This document shows positions 17,426-26,343 of a stretch of DNA of 56,439 bases, piece after piece. The notes beneath the pieces were generated by a model, which was not told the origin of the DNA, ran no database searches, and saw only the letters and a list, made by a program, of their open reading frames with translations. A program made the position numbers and the translations under genes. The stretch covers positions 1 to 56,439 of the IMG/VR virus record IMGVR_UViG_3300015264_000006; one strand, written 5' to 3'. Each line of letters begins with the position of its first letter. The first letter of the stretch is position 1. The DNA comes from a virus. Taxonomy: Duplodnaviria > Caudoviricetes.

Positions 17426-17911
17426 TCAGGCAGGAATGGTGATATTCTCGACGGGCGCCGACGTCGGGGTGAACTGAAGCTCGATGGTGGTCGGGTTGCC
17501 GCCGATCGAGCTGGACGGCGCCGACTGGAGCACCTTGATCGCGAACGCGTTCATTTTCCTGCCCGGGACGTCGCCGCCGGGCAGGACCAGCATGAACCCG
17601 GTGGTGTTGCGGGGCAGCAGCGTCCGGACGTCCGCGCTGGCCACGTCCGCGTACATGCTCAGCGTCGTCCCGTCCGCCGACAGCAGCCCGGGGATCGACG
17701 GGACGAACGTCGACGCCAGGTCCGGGGTCGGCACCGCCGCCCCGATCACGGCCCACGTCCCGTAGGAGGCGACCTGCGGGGACAGGTCAGTGCCCGCGTT
17801 GATCTCCGCCCGCGTCGGCGATGACAGGATCGCGATCGCGGGCAGGAAATTGAAGTGCCACGTGCCCTCCGGGATGTACCGGCTGGCCACGCTGATCGGG
17901 GTCGCTGGCAT
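17426..17911 (-). CDS. Major tail (tube) protein
   Basis: PTRAEINAGTDLS...TPDLASTFVPSIPG pattern of actinophage tail tube proteins. Confidence 0.85.
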   Translation of the reverse strand: MPATPISVASRYIPEGTWHFNFLPAIAILSSPTRAEINAGTDLSPQVASYGTWAVIGAAVPTPDLASTFVPSIPGLLSADGTTLSMYADVASADVRTLLPRNTTGFMLVLPGGDVPGRKMNAFAIKVLQSAPSSSIGGNPTTIELQFTPTSAPVENITIPA

Positions 17912-17914
17912 CGC

Positions 17915-18136
17915 TTACTCGCCTTCCCTGGTGTCGTCGGCCCCGGCGGCTGCCGCTGCCTCTGCTTTCGCCTTCGCCGCGCTGGCCCGCACCGGCTTCG
18001 GGGGGTCCGGGTCCGGCTCGGGGGACTCGTCCAGCAGCGCCCACCCGGCCCGGTAGTGGTGCGGCAGCGACGACTCGGGCACCACCGCGGTGCCCTGCGT
18101 CTCCGGGTGGATGATCTTCACGTATCCGGGTTCCAT
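17915..18136 (-). CDS. Small virion-operon protein
   Basis: VPESSLPHHYRAGW motif common upstream of tail tube genes. Confidence 0.7.
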   Translation of the reverse strand: MEPGYVKIIHPETQGTAVVPESSLPHHYRAGWALLDESPEPDPDPPKPVRASAAKAKAEAAAAAGADDTREGE

Positions 18137-18137
18137 G

Positions 18138-18497
18138 TCAGGCTCCGATCGCGATGACAGCGGCCAGGACGTTCGTGAGCGTGCCGGACACCGCGAAGGT
18201 CGCCACCGCGGTCACCGGGTCAGCGAGGTAGCCGACCAGCGGCAGCACCCCGTAGCCGGGAGACGCGACCGTCAGCGACCGGGTGCCGTTCACCGCCGTC
18301 CCGGCGACCGGGAGCCCGTCGAAGCTGGAGGCCGTCGGGATGGCCACGCTCACCGTGATGCTGGTGCCGCCCGACGGGTTGATGAGCAGCAGCCCGACGC
18401 CGTTCCCGCACGGCGCCGTGTTGCCCGACGCGGCCGGCGCGGCCGTCGTCAGCGTCGCCCCCGCGTGCGAGGGATTCTGGATGGTGTAGGCGGCCAT
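18138..18497 (-). CDS. Small beta-rich virion protein
   Basis: GGAGA RBS, composition and position. Confidence 0.7.
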   Translation of the reverse strand: MAAYTIQNPSHAGATLTTAAPAASGNTAPCGNGVGLLLINPSGGTSITVSVAIPTASSFDGLPVAGTAVNGTRSLTVASPGYGVLPLVGYLADPVTAVATFAVSGTLTNVLAAVIAIGA

Positions 18498-18538
18498 CTC
18501 TAGGTCTCCGTCCGGTCAGTCACGTGGAACTCCCTTGC

Positions 18539-19003
18539 CTAGGTGGCGGTGTAGGCGTCCACCTGGACGCCGAACTCGACGATCGCGCGGGCACCCTGCG
18601 ACGGGTCCAGGCGCAGCGCCGCCCCGGATATCCCGGCGCGCAGCACCAGCCCGGACAGGGTCCGGTTCGCGGCCAGCGCCGCGCCGCATGCGGTGACGAG
18701 CTGGAAGGCGCGGACGGTGGCCTCCATCAGGTCCCCGCCGCCGTCCAGCACCAGCGCCGAGCACCGGATCACGTACTGCTCCCGGTCCGGGTTCCCGGCC
18801 AGGCCCTCGGCGGCCAGCGTGCCGTCAGCGGCGAGCGTGTCGGACGCCTGCCCGCCCCAGCCGACGATCACGACCTGCAGCGCCGGCGAGCTGGTCACCA
18901 CAGGCCCGTAGCGGACCTCTACCGGCGCCGCCAGCGCCGGCGCAGACTGGAACAGTCCCAGGATCGCGGCGAGCGCGGCCGGGGTCGTCGGCGACCAGGC
19001 CAT
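18539..19003 (-). CDS. Tail terminator-like protein
   Basis: AALAANRTLSGLV motif; position after the connector. Confidence 0.7.
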   Translation of the reverse strand: MAWSPTTPAALAAILGLFQSAPALAAPVEVRYGPVVTSSPALQVVIVGWGGQASDTLAADGTLAAEGLAGNPDREQYVIRCSALVLDGGGDLMEATVRAFQLVTACGAALAANRTLSGLVLRAGISGAALRLDPSQGARAIVEFGVQVDAYTAT

Positions 19004-19824
19004 CAGGCGATCACCGGGCGCGGCGGCCCGCACCACTCCTTAGCCTTGGCCGGGACGGTGAAGAACTCGCCGGGCTGCCTGGACTGCTCCTCCGGGCCGA
19101 TAACGCCGGACTGCATGGTGCCCACGCCGCGCTGGGTCTCCCACAGGTGCTCGATCATGACCAGCGCGCCGCGCCGGTACCGGGACGGGACCTGCTGGTA
19201 CCCGGCGACGTAGGTGACGTCGACCAGGCCGGTGACGGGGGGTCCGGTCATGACCCTGATGATGCCGCCGGGGCTGACCCGCATCGTCGTGACGTCCCAG
19301 GTGATCGCGGCGTCCCACGAGACGACGGAGGTGAGGGAGATGACGGGCGGGTCCGCTGCGACGCTGAACTCCCGCACTTCGCCGTAGCCGCACAGGTCGA
19401 TCTCGTCGGTGATCACCCGCCGGACGATGGTCTCGTGCTTGTAGTCCTCGATCGCGCCCGTGGTGCCGGCGAGGAAGTCGAGCAGCTCGTCGTCGTAACT
19501 GTGGTTGGCCGGGTCGATGTTGAGCTGCTTCTTAGTGTCGGCCAGGGACACGATCGCGGGCCACGGGGTGGGGTCCACGTCCCACTCGTCGTCCCACGAG
19601 GTGACGGGCCCGGTGGTGACGGCGTGGGCGGTGTACCGGCCGGGAATCGTGGTCTGGTAGGAGAGGCGGTACTGGCCGGGGACGGCCGCGTCGGTGATCG
19701 CCGGGGTGGCCGTGGTCGCGTCGGGCAGGGTGACGGTCAGGGTGGCCGTGGCCGCGTGGGCCAGGGCGCCCGTGGCGTCCAGGACGTCGAACGCGATGGG
19801 GTACATGCCGCCTGCGCTGATCAA
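19003..19824 (-). CDS. Head-tail connector with an extra N-terminal beta (Ig-like) domain
   Basis: TTG start with GGAGG RBS; IVSLADTKKQLN...VTYVAGY...HLWETQRG connector motifs. Confidence 0.8.
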   Translation of the reverse strand: MISAGGMYPIAFDVLDATGALAHAATATLTVTLPDATTATPAITDAAVPGQYRLSYQTTIPGRYTAHAVTTGPVTSWDDEWDVDPTPWPAIVSLADTKKQLNIDPANHSYDDELLDFLAGTTGAIEDYKHETIVRRVITDEIDLCGYGEVREFSVAADPPVISLTSVVSWDAAITWDVTTMRVSPGGIIRVMTGPPVTGLVDVTYVAGYQQVPSRYRRGALVMIEHLWETQRGVGTMQSGVIGPEEQSRQPGEFFTVPAKAKEWCGPPRPVIA

Positions 19825-20840
19825 CCGAACTGCCCTCCCTGCGCTCTCGGGATGGTCATGGTGCCCGCCACCGCGCGGGCGGCGGTCGTGCTGGCGTCTC
19901 CCGCGCGGGCGGCGGGAAGAGGCATGGCTGCGTGCCGCGCGGTCCCGTACAGCACCGGCGGCCCGGCGGCGGGCGGAGGGTTCCACCAGCAGCTGCGGCG
20001 CAGCCGGGCCGGCCAGCGCGGCCGGTGCCCCGCCTGCCGGATGAGCGGGGCGGTCAGCGGCCCGGGTGAGGTGCTCGCCGGGCGCGCCGCGGGAACCTGG
20101 AAGATGCACCCGCGGCGGGGCTGCGCGGCCCGCGAGACGGCCCGGCGGCGCAGCTGCGGCGGGATGCCGGGGGACGCGTGCGGGACGCCCCAGATGCAGC
20201 CCCGGCGCGGCAGCCGTGCCCTGGCCGGTGGCTGCCGCGGGAACTGGGCCGGAATCGCCGCCGGGGGCGGCGCGGCAGCGCCCTGCCACGGCGGCTCGGA
20301 GCGGTGGCCGCGGGGTATGCGGAGCGGCTGGGCGCGGCGCTGGCGCAGGTGCGGGGAAACCAGCGGCCCCGGCGCTCCGGGAGCCGCAGCCGCCGGGGGC
20401 AGCGGGAAGAACCGCCCGCGGGGGGGACGGGCGAGCCGGGACGCACGGCGCGCCGTTCCCGGCGGCACGGAAGCAGCCGCCGCGGGTACCGCGAACCCGG
20501 CGGCCGGCCTGCGCGGGGGAAGCCACCGGCGGCCGGCCTGCCGCATCTGCGGTAGCGCAAGTGCCGGGGACGGCGCGGCGGCCTGCGGGAAGAACTGGCC
20601 CCGGCGCGGGACGATGAGGCGCCGGCCGGGATGGCGGGCGACCCGGGCGACGAGCGGGCCCGGCGCCGGGGGCGGCGGCGGCTGCGGCAGCCCCCAGAGC
20701 CGGCCGCGGCGCGGGACGGCAAGCCGCCGGTCGGCCTGCTGGATGAACGCGGCGATCAGGCGGGCCTGCGCCGCGGCCGGGCGCGGGGGAACGCCCCAGA
20801 ACATGCCGCGGCGGGCCAGGAGGTTACGCCACCGCCTCAC
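19821..20840 (-). CDS. Arg/Pro/Ala-rich repeat protein of unknown function
   Basis: GGAGG RBS, fills the operon gap exactly, stop overlaps the next start, recurring PRRGx-aromatic motif. Confidence 0.7.
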   Translation of the reverse strand: MRRWRNLLARRGMFWGVPPRPAAAQARLIAAFIQQADRRLAVPRRGRLWGLPQPPPPPAPGPLVARVARHPGRRLIVPRRGQFFPQAAAPSPALALPQMRQAGRRWLPPRRPAAGFAVPAAAASVPPGTARRASRLARPPRGRFFPLPPAAAAPGAPGPLVSPHLRQRRAQPLRIPRGHRSEPPWQGAAAPPPAAIPAQFPRQPPARARLPRRGCIWGVPHASPGIPPQLRRRAVSRAAQPRRGCIFQVPAARPASTSPGPLTAPLIRQAGHRPRWPARLRRSCWWNPPPAAGPPVLYGTARHAAMPLPAARAGDASTTAARAVAGTMTIPRAQGGQFG

Positions 20841-20884
20841 GGCTTACCTCCCGGACTGGCCTCACGGCACTAGAGCAGGACCCT

Positions 20885-21355
20885 TCACTCCTCCCACTCG
20901 ACGCTGAGCGAGATCTGGTGCCCGGCGGGCAGCGCGACCAGCCGGTTCACGAACGCGATGCCCAGCGACGTCGACCCGCCGATCCGCCATTCCTCCAGCA
21001 GCTCCCACGGCAGGTCCGCGCCGGACTGGCTGTTGAACGACACGGTAAACGCGTCCGCCGCGGTCGCCGCGAGGGTCGGCGGCGTCGCGAACGTCGATGC
21101 CAGGCTGACCGCGTTCGCGGCCGAGGACGGGTCGAGCTTGTTGGTCGTCGTGTTCGTCGGCGTCACCACGGCGCCGGTCGTCACGTTGAAGCCCACCCGG
21201 ACCTGCTGACTGGTCGGCACGACCGCGGTGGTCGTCGACACGCCTAGGGTGACCCGGCGCAGCCGGGCAACGGTGGCGACGTACCCGAAGTAGCCGAACG
21301 CGGTGTCGGCGGCGACTGCCGCCGCTGAGAGTAGCTGCGAGTTGTAGCGAGCCAT
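20885..21355 (-). CDS. Beta-rich virion protein
   Basis: AGGAGAGG RBS; ends in ISLSVEWEE. Confidence 0.75.
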   Translation of the reverse strand: MARYNSQLLSAAAVAADTAFGYFGYVATVARLRRVTLGVSTTTAVVPTSQQVRVGFNVTTGAVVTPTNTTTNKLDPSSAANAVSLASTFATPPTLAATAADAFTVSFNSQSGADLPWELLEEWRIGGSTSLGIAFVNRLVALPAGHQISLSVEWEE

Positions 21356-21378
21356 GCCGGGCCTCTCCTGGTGATCTC

Positions 21379-22659
21379 TTAGAATCTTCCGCCGTACTGG
21401 CTGACCAGCGGCGCCGGGACCGGCGTCGTAACCCGGGCGATCCACACCCCGGCGTAATCGGCGCCTGAGGCGTTCGCCTTGATTTTCTCGGCCCAGGCCA
21501 GGCCGCCGCCGGACACGGTCATCGTGGTGACGCCCGCGCCGCCGTCCGAGGAGACCAGGGCGACCAGCCACGACAGGGGCGGCGGGGTGAACGCGTTGCA
21601 CGACACCGACGTGCCGCCCGTGTTCACCGCCACCGGAGGCGCCGAGGCGTCCTCGGTGATCGTCCCGGCTGCCAGGACCTCCAGCAGCGCCGCGCCGCCC
21701 CCCGTGCTGCTGGTGAACCCGTGCAGCGTCGCGCCGGGCGTGCCCGTCGCCGACGTCGCCGAGAACGTCAGGTACTGCTCGGTGTTGACGCCGTCGCCCA
21801 CGCTGTCGACCTGCGTGGACAGCGGCTCCGCGGTGTAGGTGCCGTTCGGCGTCGCGACCGCCGCGCCGTACACCCGCGAGCCGGTCACCGTCGTGGTGAT
21901 CGTGGCGTGCTGCGACGTGTTCGCCGACAGCGTGGCGCCCGTCTGCGCCGCCGCCGCGCCGGTCAGGACCTTGATGCGCAGCAGGATGCCGTTCGCCCCG
22001 CCAGCCGACGCCGCCGTGATCACCGGGTCGCCCGGCGGGGGGGCCTGCGCCACCCACACGCCTGCATAGTCATTGCCGGACGGGTTCTGCTCGACCATCG
22101 GTGCCCAGGTGACCCCGCCGCCCGACACGGTCATGCTGGTCGTGCCGCCGCCGCCGTCCGAGGCGACCAGCGCCACCAGCAGCGCCCCCGCCGGCGGGAT
22201 GAAGCTCGCCGTCGTCACCTGCGTCGCCGACGTCGTCGACGCCACGGGCGGCCCGGAGGAGTCCTCCGAGATCGCACTGCCCGAGCCGTCCGGCAGGATC
22301 TCGGCCAGGGCCACCCCGCCCGAGTTCGACGTGTTCTCCCCGATGGCCGTCGCGCCCGGCGTGCCCGTCGCGGCGGTCGCCCGGAACGTCAGGTACTCCT
22401 CGCCGTTGATCCCGTCAGCGATGTCGTCGATCTCGGTCGTGGCGGCCGACAGCGGCGAGTAGGAGCCGTTCGGGCTCGCCACCGCCGCGCCGTACACCCT
22501 CGAACTGGTGACCGTCGTGGTGATCGTGGCGGACTGGGCGGTGGCGGCCTGCGCGGTCGCGCCGTTCTGCAGGCTCGCCGCGTTGTTCAGGACCAGGACG
22601 CGCAGCGCCATCCCGGCGGCCGTCGCCCCGCCCTGCTGCGCGGTGATGGTGACCGCCAC
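21379..22659 (-). CDS. Thr/Ser/Ala/Gly-rich virion protein made of two tandem domains of about 200 aa
   Basis: ATITTTVT.SRVYGAAVA.PNG.Y, LVALV.SDGG and DYAGVW each occur twice. Confidence 0.85.
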   Translation of the reverse strand: MAVTITAQQGGATAAGMALRVLVLNNAASLQNGATAQAATAQSATITTTVTSSRVYGAAVASPNGSYSPLSAATTEIDDIADGINGEEYLTFRATAATGTPGATAIGENTSNSGGVALAEILPDGSGSAISEDSSGPPVASTTSATQVTTASFIPPAGALLVALVASDGGGGTTSMTVSGGGVTWAPMVEQNPSGNDYAGVWVAQAPPPGDPVITAASAGGANGILLRIKVLTGAAAAQTGATLSANTSQHATITTTVTGSRVYGAAVATPNGTYTAEPLSTQVDSVGDGVNTEQYLTFSATSATGTPGATLHGFTSSTGGGAALLEVLAAGTITEDASAPPVAVNTGGTSVSCNAFTPPPLSWLVALVSSDGGAGVTTMTVSGGGLAWAEKIKANASGADYAGVWIARVTTPVPAPLVSQYGGRF

Positions 22660-22686
22660 GGGCCGTCACCACCTCACGAGATCAGG

Positions 22687-22703
22687 GCGTATACGCTGTA
22701 AAC
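22687..22703 (+). promoter_or_regulatory. Leaderless promoter/operator of antisense cassette 4
   Basis: Palindrome GCGTATACGC overlaps TACGCT, 6 nt before ATG 22704. Confidence 0.6.
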
Positions 22704-22916
22704 ATGGAAGGAACTCCCGTCACAGTCCGGCTCGACGCCCCGACTCTCGCCACAGTCGATGAGCTTGCGGCTTCGGCCCGCAGGATCCCCGTGTTCGCCG
22801 CGATGCCCCCCGCCACGCGCTCTGACGTCATCAGGATGATGGTCACCGGATGGCTTCACGACCACCGCCGGGACGTGAGCGAGATGCTGGCCGGCCGCGA
22901 GCGGGGCACGTCATGA
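22704..22916 (+). CDS. RHH (CopG-like) DNA-binding protein (cassette 4)
   Basis: VTVRLD...VDELA...TRSDVIR. Confidence 0.8.
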   Translation: MEGTPVTVRLDAPTLATVDELAASARRIPVFAAMPPATRSDVIRMMVTGWLHDHRRDVSEMLAGRERGTS

Positions 22917-23251
22917 TCATCGTCGCGGCTGCCGTCATCGTTGTCGCCGCTTACCTGGTCACCGGCTTCCGCTTCGTCGCCCCGGCGTGGGTGACACGCC
23001 AGGTCGCCAGGAACATCAGCAGCTACCCGGAGCTGGCGCGGGACCCGCAGTACGTCGAGGAGTGGCGCCGCGATTTCGCCGGGCTGGGTATCGGCGTCGC
23101 CCTGATCTGGCCCGCGTTCCTGATGATGCGCTTCCTGGCCGGCGGTATCGCCGCCCGGTCGCCGCTGACCAGTCACGAGGCTGCGCAGAAAGCCAGCGCG
23201 CAGGACGCGCGCATAGCCGACCTGGAACGCCAGTTGGGCATCAGGCCGTGA
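22913..23251 (+). CDS. Membrane protein (cassette 4)
   Basis: Two TM segments and a RIADLERQLGI coiled-coil end. Confidence 0.75.
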   Translation: MIIVAAAVIVVAAYLVTGFRFVAPAWVTRQVARNISSYPELARDPQYVEEWRRDFAGLGIGVALIWPAFLMMRFLAGGIAARSPLTSHEAAQKASAQDARIADLERQLGIRP

Positions 23252-23253
23252 CG

Positions 23254-23562
23254 TCAGACGACGCCGGTCAGCAGCTTGGCGTTGAACAGGAAATCGTTAT
23301 TCGCGGCCACGAACGCCTGCCCGTTAGCCACCCGGTACAGCGAGTTACCCGTCCCGCCCAGGTCGAGGAACCCGCTCTTCATCAGCGTCACCTCCGCCTG
23401 CGTGTACCCCAGGGCGATCATCGCCGCGTCAGTGAGGGTCGCGTAGTTCTGCAGCTTGAAGCAGAACGCGGAGCAGTTGATCAGCGAGTCACGCACCGCG
23501 ACCACCAGCGACCCGGCGCGGGAGTCGATGTCGGACTTGCCGGTCGGGAATCCTGCGGACAT
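23254..23562 (-). CDS. Small virion-operon protein
   Basis: GGAAAGG RBS; protein-like composition. Confidence 0.7.
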   Translation of the reverse strand: MSAGFPTGKSDIDSRAGSLVVAVRDSLINCSAFCFKLQNYATLTDAAMIALGYTQAEVTLMKSGFLDLGGTGNSLYRVANGQAFVAANNDFLFNAKLLTGVV

Positions 23563-23641
23563 CAGGTCACCTTTCCTGTCATCACTTAGCCGGCCGCCAG
23601 GAAGGCGACGCTGCTGGTCCCCGCCGCGGCACTGGAGCTGG

Positions 23642-25567
23642 TCACCGCGGCCTGGCCAGCAGGTACTCGCCGGGCACCGGCACGTCCCGGATCCCGTCCG
23701 GCATCCACACCGTCTCCCCGGAGTACGCCACCTCCCACCCGTAGCCGAGCCTGGACAGCGCGGCCTCCAGGTCGGCGCGGTCGTAGTAGCCGTAGATGGA
23801 GTGGTCCTCGATGAGCAGCACCGGGCGCAGCCGCTCCAGCAGCCCGGCCATGCCCTCGATCGCGTGGATGTCGGCGCCTTCCACGTCGAGCTTCACCAGG
23901 TCGAGGCGGTCCAGGCCGGCGAGCTCAGGCTGCGCGTCGAGCCGCCCGGCGGCCACCAGGCCGCCAGTGCCTGCCTCCGCGGGCAGGACCCGCGTCGAGC
24001 CGCCCTCGGCCTGCCCGTTCGGGTCGGACAGGGCCAGTGCCGTCTGTTCATCCCACGCCGCCAGCTCCACCACCTCGACCACGGCGCCCAGGTCGTTCAT
24101 CGCGATGTGGCGGCGCAGCGTCTTAGCGGTCGCCGGGTTCGCCTCCACCGCGATCACCCGCGACGCCCTCGCGGCGAGGCGCAGCGACCAGTGACCCACG
24201 TGCGCGCCGACGTCCAGGAACACGCCGCCCTCGGGCAGCAGGCCCTCCAGCACCGGGGCCAGCCCGGCCTCGTGGTCACGCCAGCCGATCCCGTCGCCCG
24301 TGCCCGGGCCGCGGTCAATCCACAGCAGCCCGTCCGCCTCCCGCACCGTGGCGGGCCGCACCGGCCGCGGCCCGGACTTCGCCAGGTCCGCGCGCTTCGC
24401 CTCCAGCACGCCCCCGAACTTCGCCAGCACCGGCTTCCAGTACCGCTCCGTCACCACGTCCGCGTCGTAGTCCTGCGCGAACGCGTACGCCTCCGCCCGC
24501 ATCGACTCATCGCGGGCCTTCTCATACGCCTGCTCGTAGGCGTCCGCGATGTCACCTATCCGGGGGACAGCCGCCCACCCGCCCTGGCTGTCGTGCCACG
24601 TCCTCTCCCAGCCGACCTTCCACCCGGAGCCGCACAGCTCCGGCATCGCCGTCGCGTCCGTCACGATCACCGGGGTGCCGCACGCCTGCGCCTCCACGAT
24701 GGGGATGCCGAACCCCTCCCCGTAGGAGCAGTTCGACAGGACATCGGCGGCCCGGTGAACGTCAGCGACCGCGGACGGGTTCAGGCCCTTGCGGTAGGTG
24801 TAGATGTCGGTGTAGGTGTAGGAATCGCGCGGGAGCATGTGCTCCAGGAACGCCCGCAGCCGCATCCCCGACGGCTGGTCCACGTCGGTGTGCAGGACCA
24901 GCATCGCGTCGGAATGCCGCCTGCGGAGCTGCGCGAACGCGGCGACCTGCTCGGCGAACGCCTTCCGGTTGCCATCCCGCCCGACGTTGTTCGCGACCAT
25001 CGCCACCACGAACGCGTCCTCCGGCAGCCCCGCCGCGGCGCGGGCCGCGGCCTTGTCACCAGGGCAGAACACGCTGGTGTCAATGCCGTGCGGCACGTAC
25101 AGCGGGTTCAGGCCCGCACGCTGCAGCGCCGCCTCACCGAAGCGGGACATGGCGATCGGGATGGCGCCCATCACCCCGAACCAGCCCGCCACCACATCCG
25201 GGACGTCCAGGTGATCGACCGGCACCCACGAGCCGACGCACAGCTGGTCCAGCAGCGGCGACTCGAACGTCCACACGTCACCCAGGGTCAGGATGATTCC
25301 CCTGGCCGAGGCTTCCTCCATGCTGCGGCACTTCTCCGCGCCGAAGTGGTGCAGGGCGTGCGGGACGATCACGTCGGCGCCGTACGGCGCCGAGTAGGAC
25401 GGGTAGCAGGTCATCCCGTTCCAGTCCATCTGGGCACCCTGCAGGCCGTAGTAGACCGACAGGGCCACATCGTGGCCGAGGTCACGGATGCGGGGCGTCA
25501 TGATGCCGGTCTGCATTCCGTAACCGGTGGGCGCCCACGGCGCCACCGAATGGAACAAGATCTTCAA
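23642..25567 (-). CDS. GT-B (GT4-like) glycosyltransferase fused to an FkbM-family methyltransferase
   Basis: PTGYG, VPHGID and EGFGIPIVEAQACGTPV; then FLDVGAHVGHWS, VEANP and KLDVEGAD. Confidence 0.9.
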   Translation of the reverse strand: MKILFHSVAPWAPTGYGMQTGIMTPRIRDLGHDVALSVYYGLQGAQMDWNGMTCYPSYSAPYGADVIVPHALHHFGAEKCRSMEEASARGIILTLGDVWTFESPLLDQLCVGSWVPVDHLDVPDVVAGWFGVMGAIPIAMSRFGEAALQRAGLNPLYVPHGIDTSVFCPGDKAAARAAAGLPEDAFVVAMVANNVGRDGNRKAFAEQVAAFAQLRRRHSDAMLVLHTDVDQPSGMRLRAFLEHMLPRDSYTYTDIYTYRKGLNPSAVADVHRAADVLSNCSYGEGFGIPIVEAQACGTPVIVTDATAMPELCGSGWKVGWERTWHDSQGGWAAVPRIGDIADAYEQAYEKARDESMRAEAYAFAQDYDADVVTERYWKPVLAKFGGVLEAKRADLAKSGPRPVRPATVREADGLLWIDRGPGTGDGIGWRDHEAGLAPVLEGLLPEGGVFLDVGAHVGHWSLRLAARASRVIAVEANPATAKTLRRHIAMNDLGAVVEVVELAAWDEQTALALSDPNGQAEGGSTRVLPAEAGTGGLVAAGRLDAQPELAGLDRLDLVKLDVEGADIHAIEGMAGLLERLRPVLLIEDHSIYGYYDRADLEAALSRLGYGWEVAYSGETVWMPDGIRDVPVPGEYLLARPR

Positions 25568-25639
25568 GGCTGTTTCCTCCGGGATATGCGGCAGCCCTCC
25601 GCTCCCGGAGGGGGACGAAGGGCTGCCACGTAGTTGGTT

Positions 25640-25864
25640 TCAGCGGCGGGGCTGCGCCGCTGCCGCTGGCTTCTCCTGCCTCGCCGGAGCCTTCGCGGCC
25701 ACGTCCTCGACGAGGGTGGCCATCCCGGACGCGATGAACGACCTGGCCCACGCGACGGCCTGCCTGTCGCCGTCATCCACCTCGACGTCCTGGTCGGGTG
25801 CCCAGGACGTGATCATGCCGTCCGGGCCGGGCCCGGCGGCCGGGCCGTGCACGATGACCTTCAT
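25640..25864 (-). CDS. Small hypothetical protein
   Basis: TGATG coupling with the upstream gene. Confidence 0.65.
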   Translation of the reverse strand: MKVIVHGPAAGPGPDGMITSWAPDQDVEVDDGDRQAVAWARSFIASGMATLVEDVAAKAPARQEKPAAAAQPRR

Positions 25865-26088
25865 CAGGGGCTCCCCGGGTCGCCGTTGCCGGCGTACCCC
25901 TGCCCCGCCGCCGCGCCGTAGCGCGTGGCGGCCAGGCGGGGGCTGACCGGCTCCCCGTCTGAGGTGGCCACCACGTCCGCCACCGGGGGCGCCACGTCCT
26001 CATCAGACATGGCGCCGATATCCGGGATCGCCGCGCCCGCCACCTGCTTCCCGCCGCCCAGATCGCCGAAAACTGCGTCTGCCATCAT
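25864..26088 (-). CDS. Small acidic Gly/Pro-rich peptide (paralog 2)
   Basis: MMADAVFGDLGG start; GGAGG RBS. Confidence 0.7.
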   Translation of the reverse strand: MMADAVFGDLGGGKQVAGAAIPDIGAMSDEDVAPPVADVVATSDGEPVSPRLAATRYGAAAGQGYAGNGDPGSP

Positions 26089-26336
26089 CTGCCTCCCTGG
26101 CCGCCCGGGTCGCTGCCCGGGATATTGGGGATCATCGCGCCGCCCGTCTGGCTGGCGACCCCGCCGCCCGGGTCGCCGAACACGCTGTCATGGGCGGGCA
26201 CTTCACCGCCGCCGCCGGACGGGTTGTTGCTCGGGTTGCCCAGGGCGTTGTGCGGGCCGTCCTGAATCGGGGGCAGCTCGGTCCCCTGCTGCTGCCCCGG
26301 GCCGCCCAGGTCGCCGAACACGCTGTCTGCCATCAC
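26085..26336 (-). CDS. Small acidic Gly/Pro-rich peptide (paralog 1)
   Basis: MADSVFGDLGG plus internal HDSVFGDPGG; GGAGG RBS. Confidence 0.7.
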   Translation of the reverse strand: MMADSVFGDLGGPGQQQGTELPPIQDGPHNALGNPSNNPSGGGGEVPAHDSVFGDPGGGVASQTGGAMIPNIPGSDPGGQGGR

Positions 26337-26343
26337 TGGCCTC

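Noticed and set aside
21379-22659. Diversity-generating retroelement template/variable repeat pair
   Set aside because: No reverse transcriptase is present, and the differences between repeats are not adenine-specific; this is an ordinary domain duplication.
23456-25633. Long plus-strand ORFs (725 aa here, also 19147-20907, 27947-29665, 5869-7362, 13805-15070)
   Set aside because: Antisense shadows of well-supported minus-strand genes in GC-rich DNA, with no motifs.
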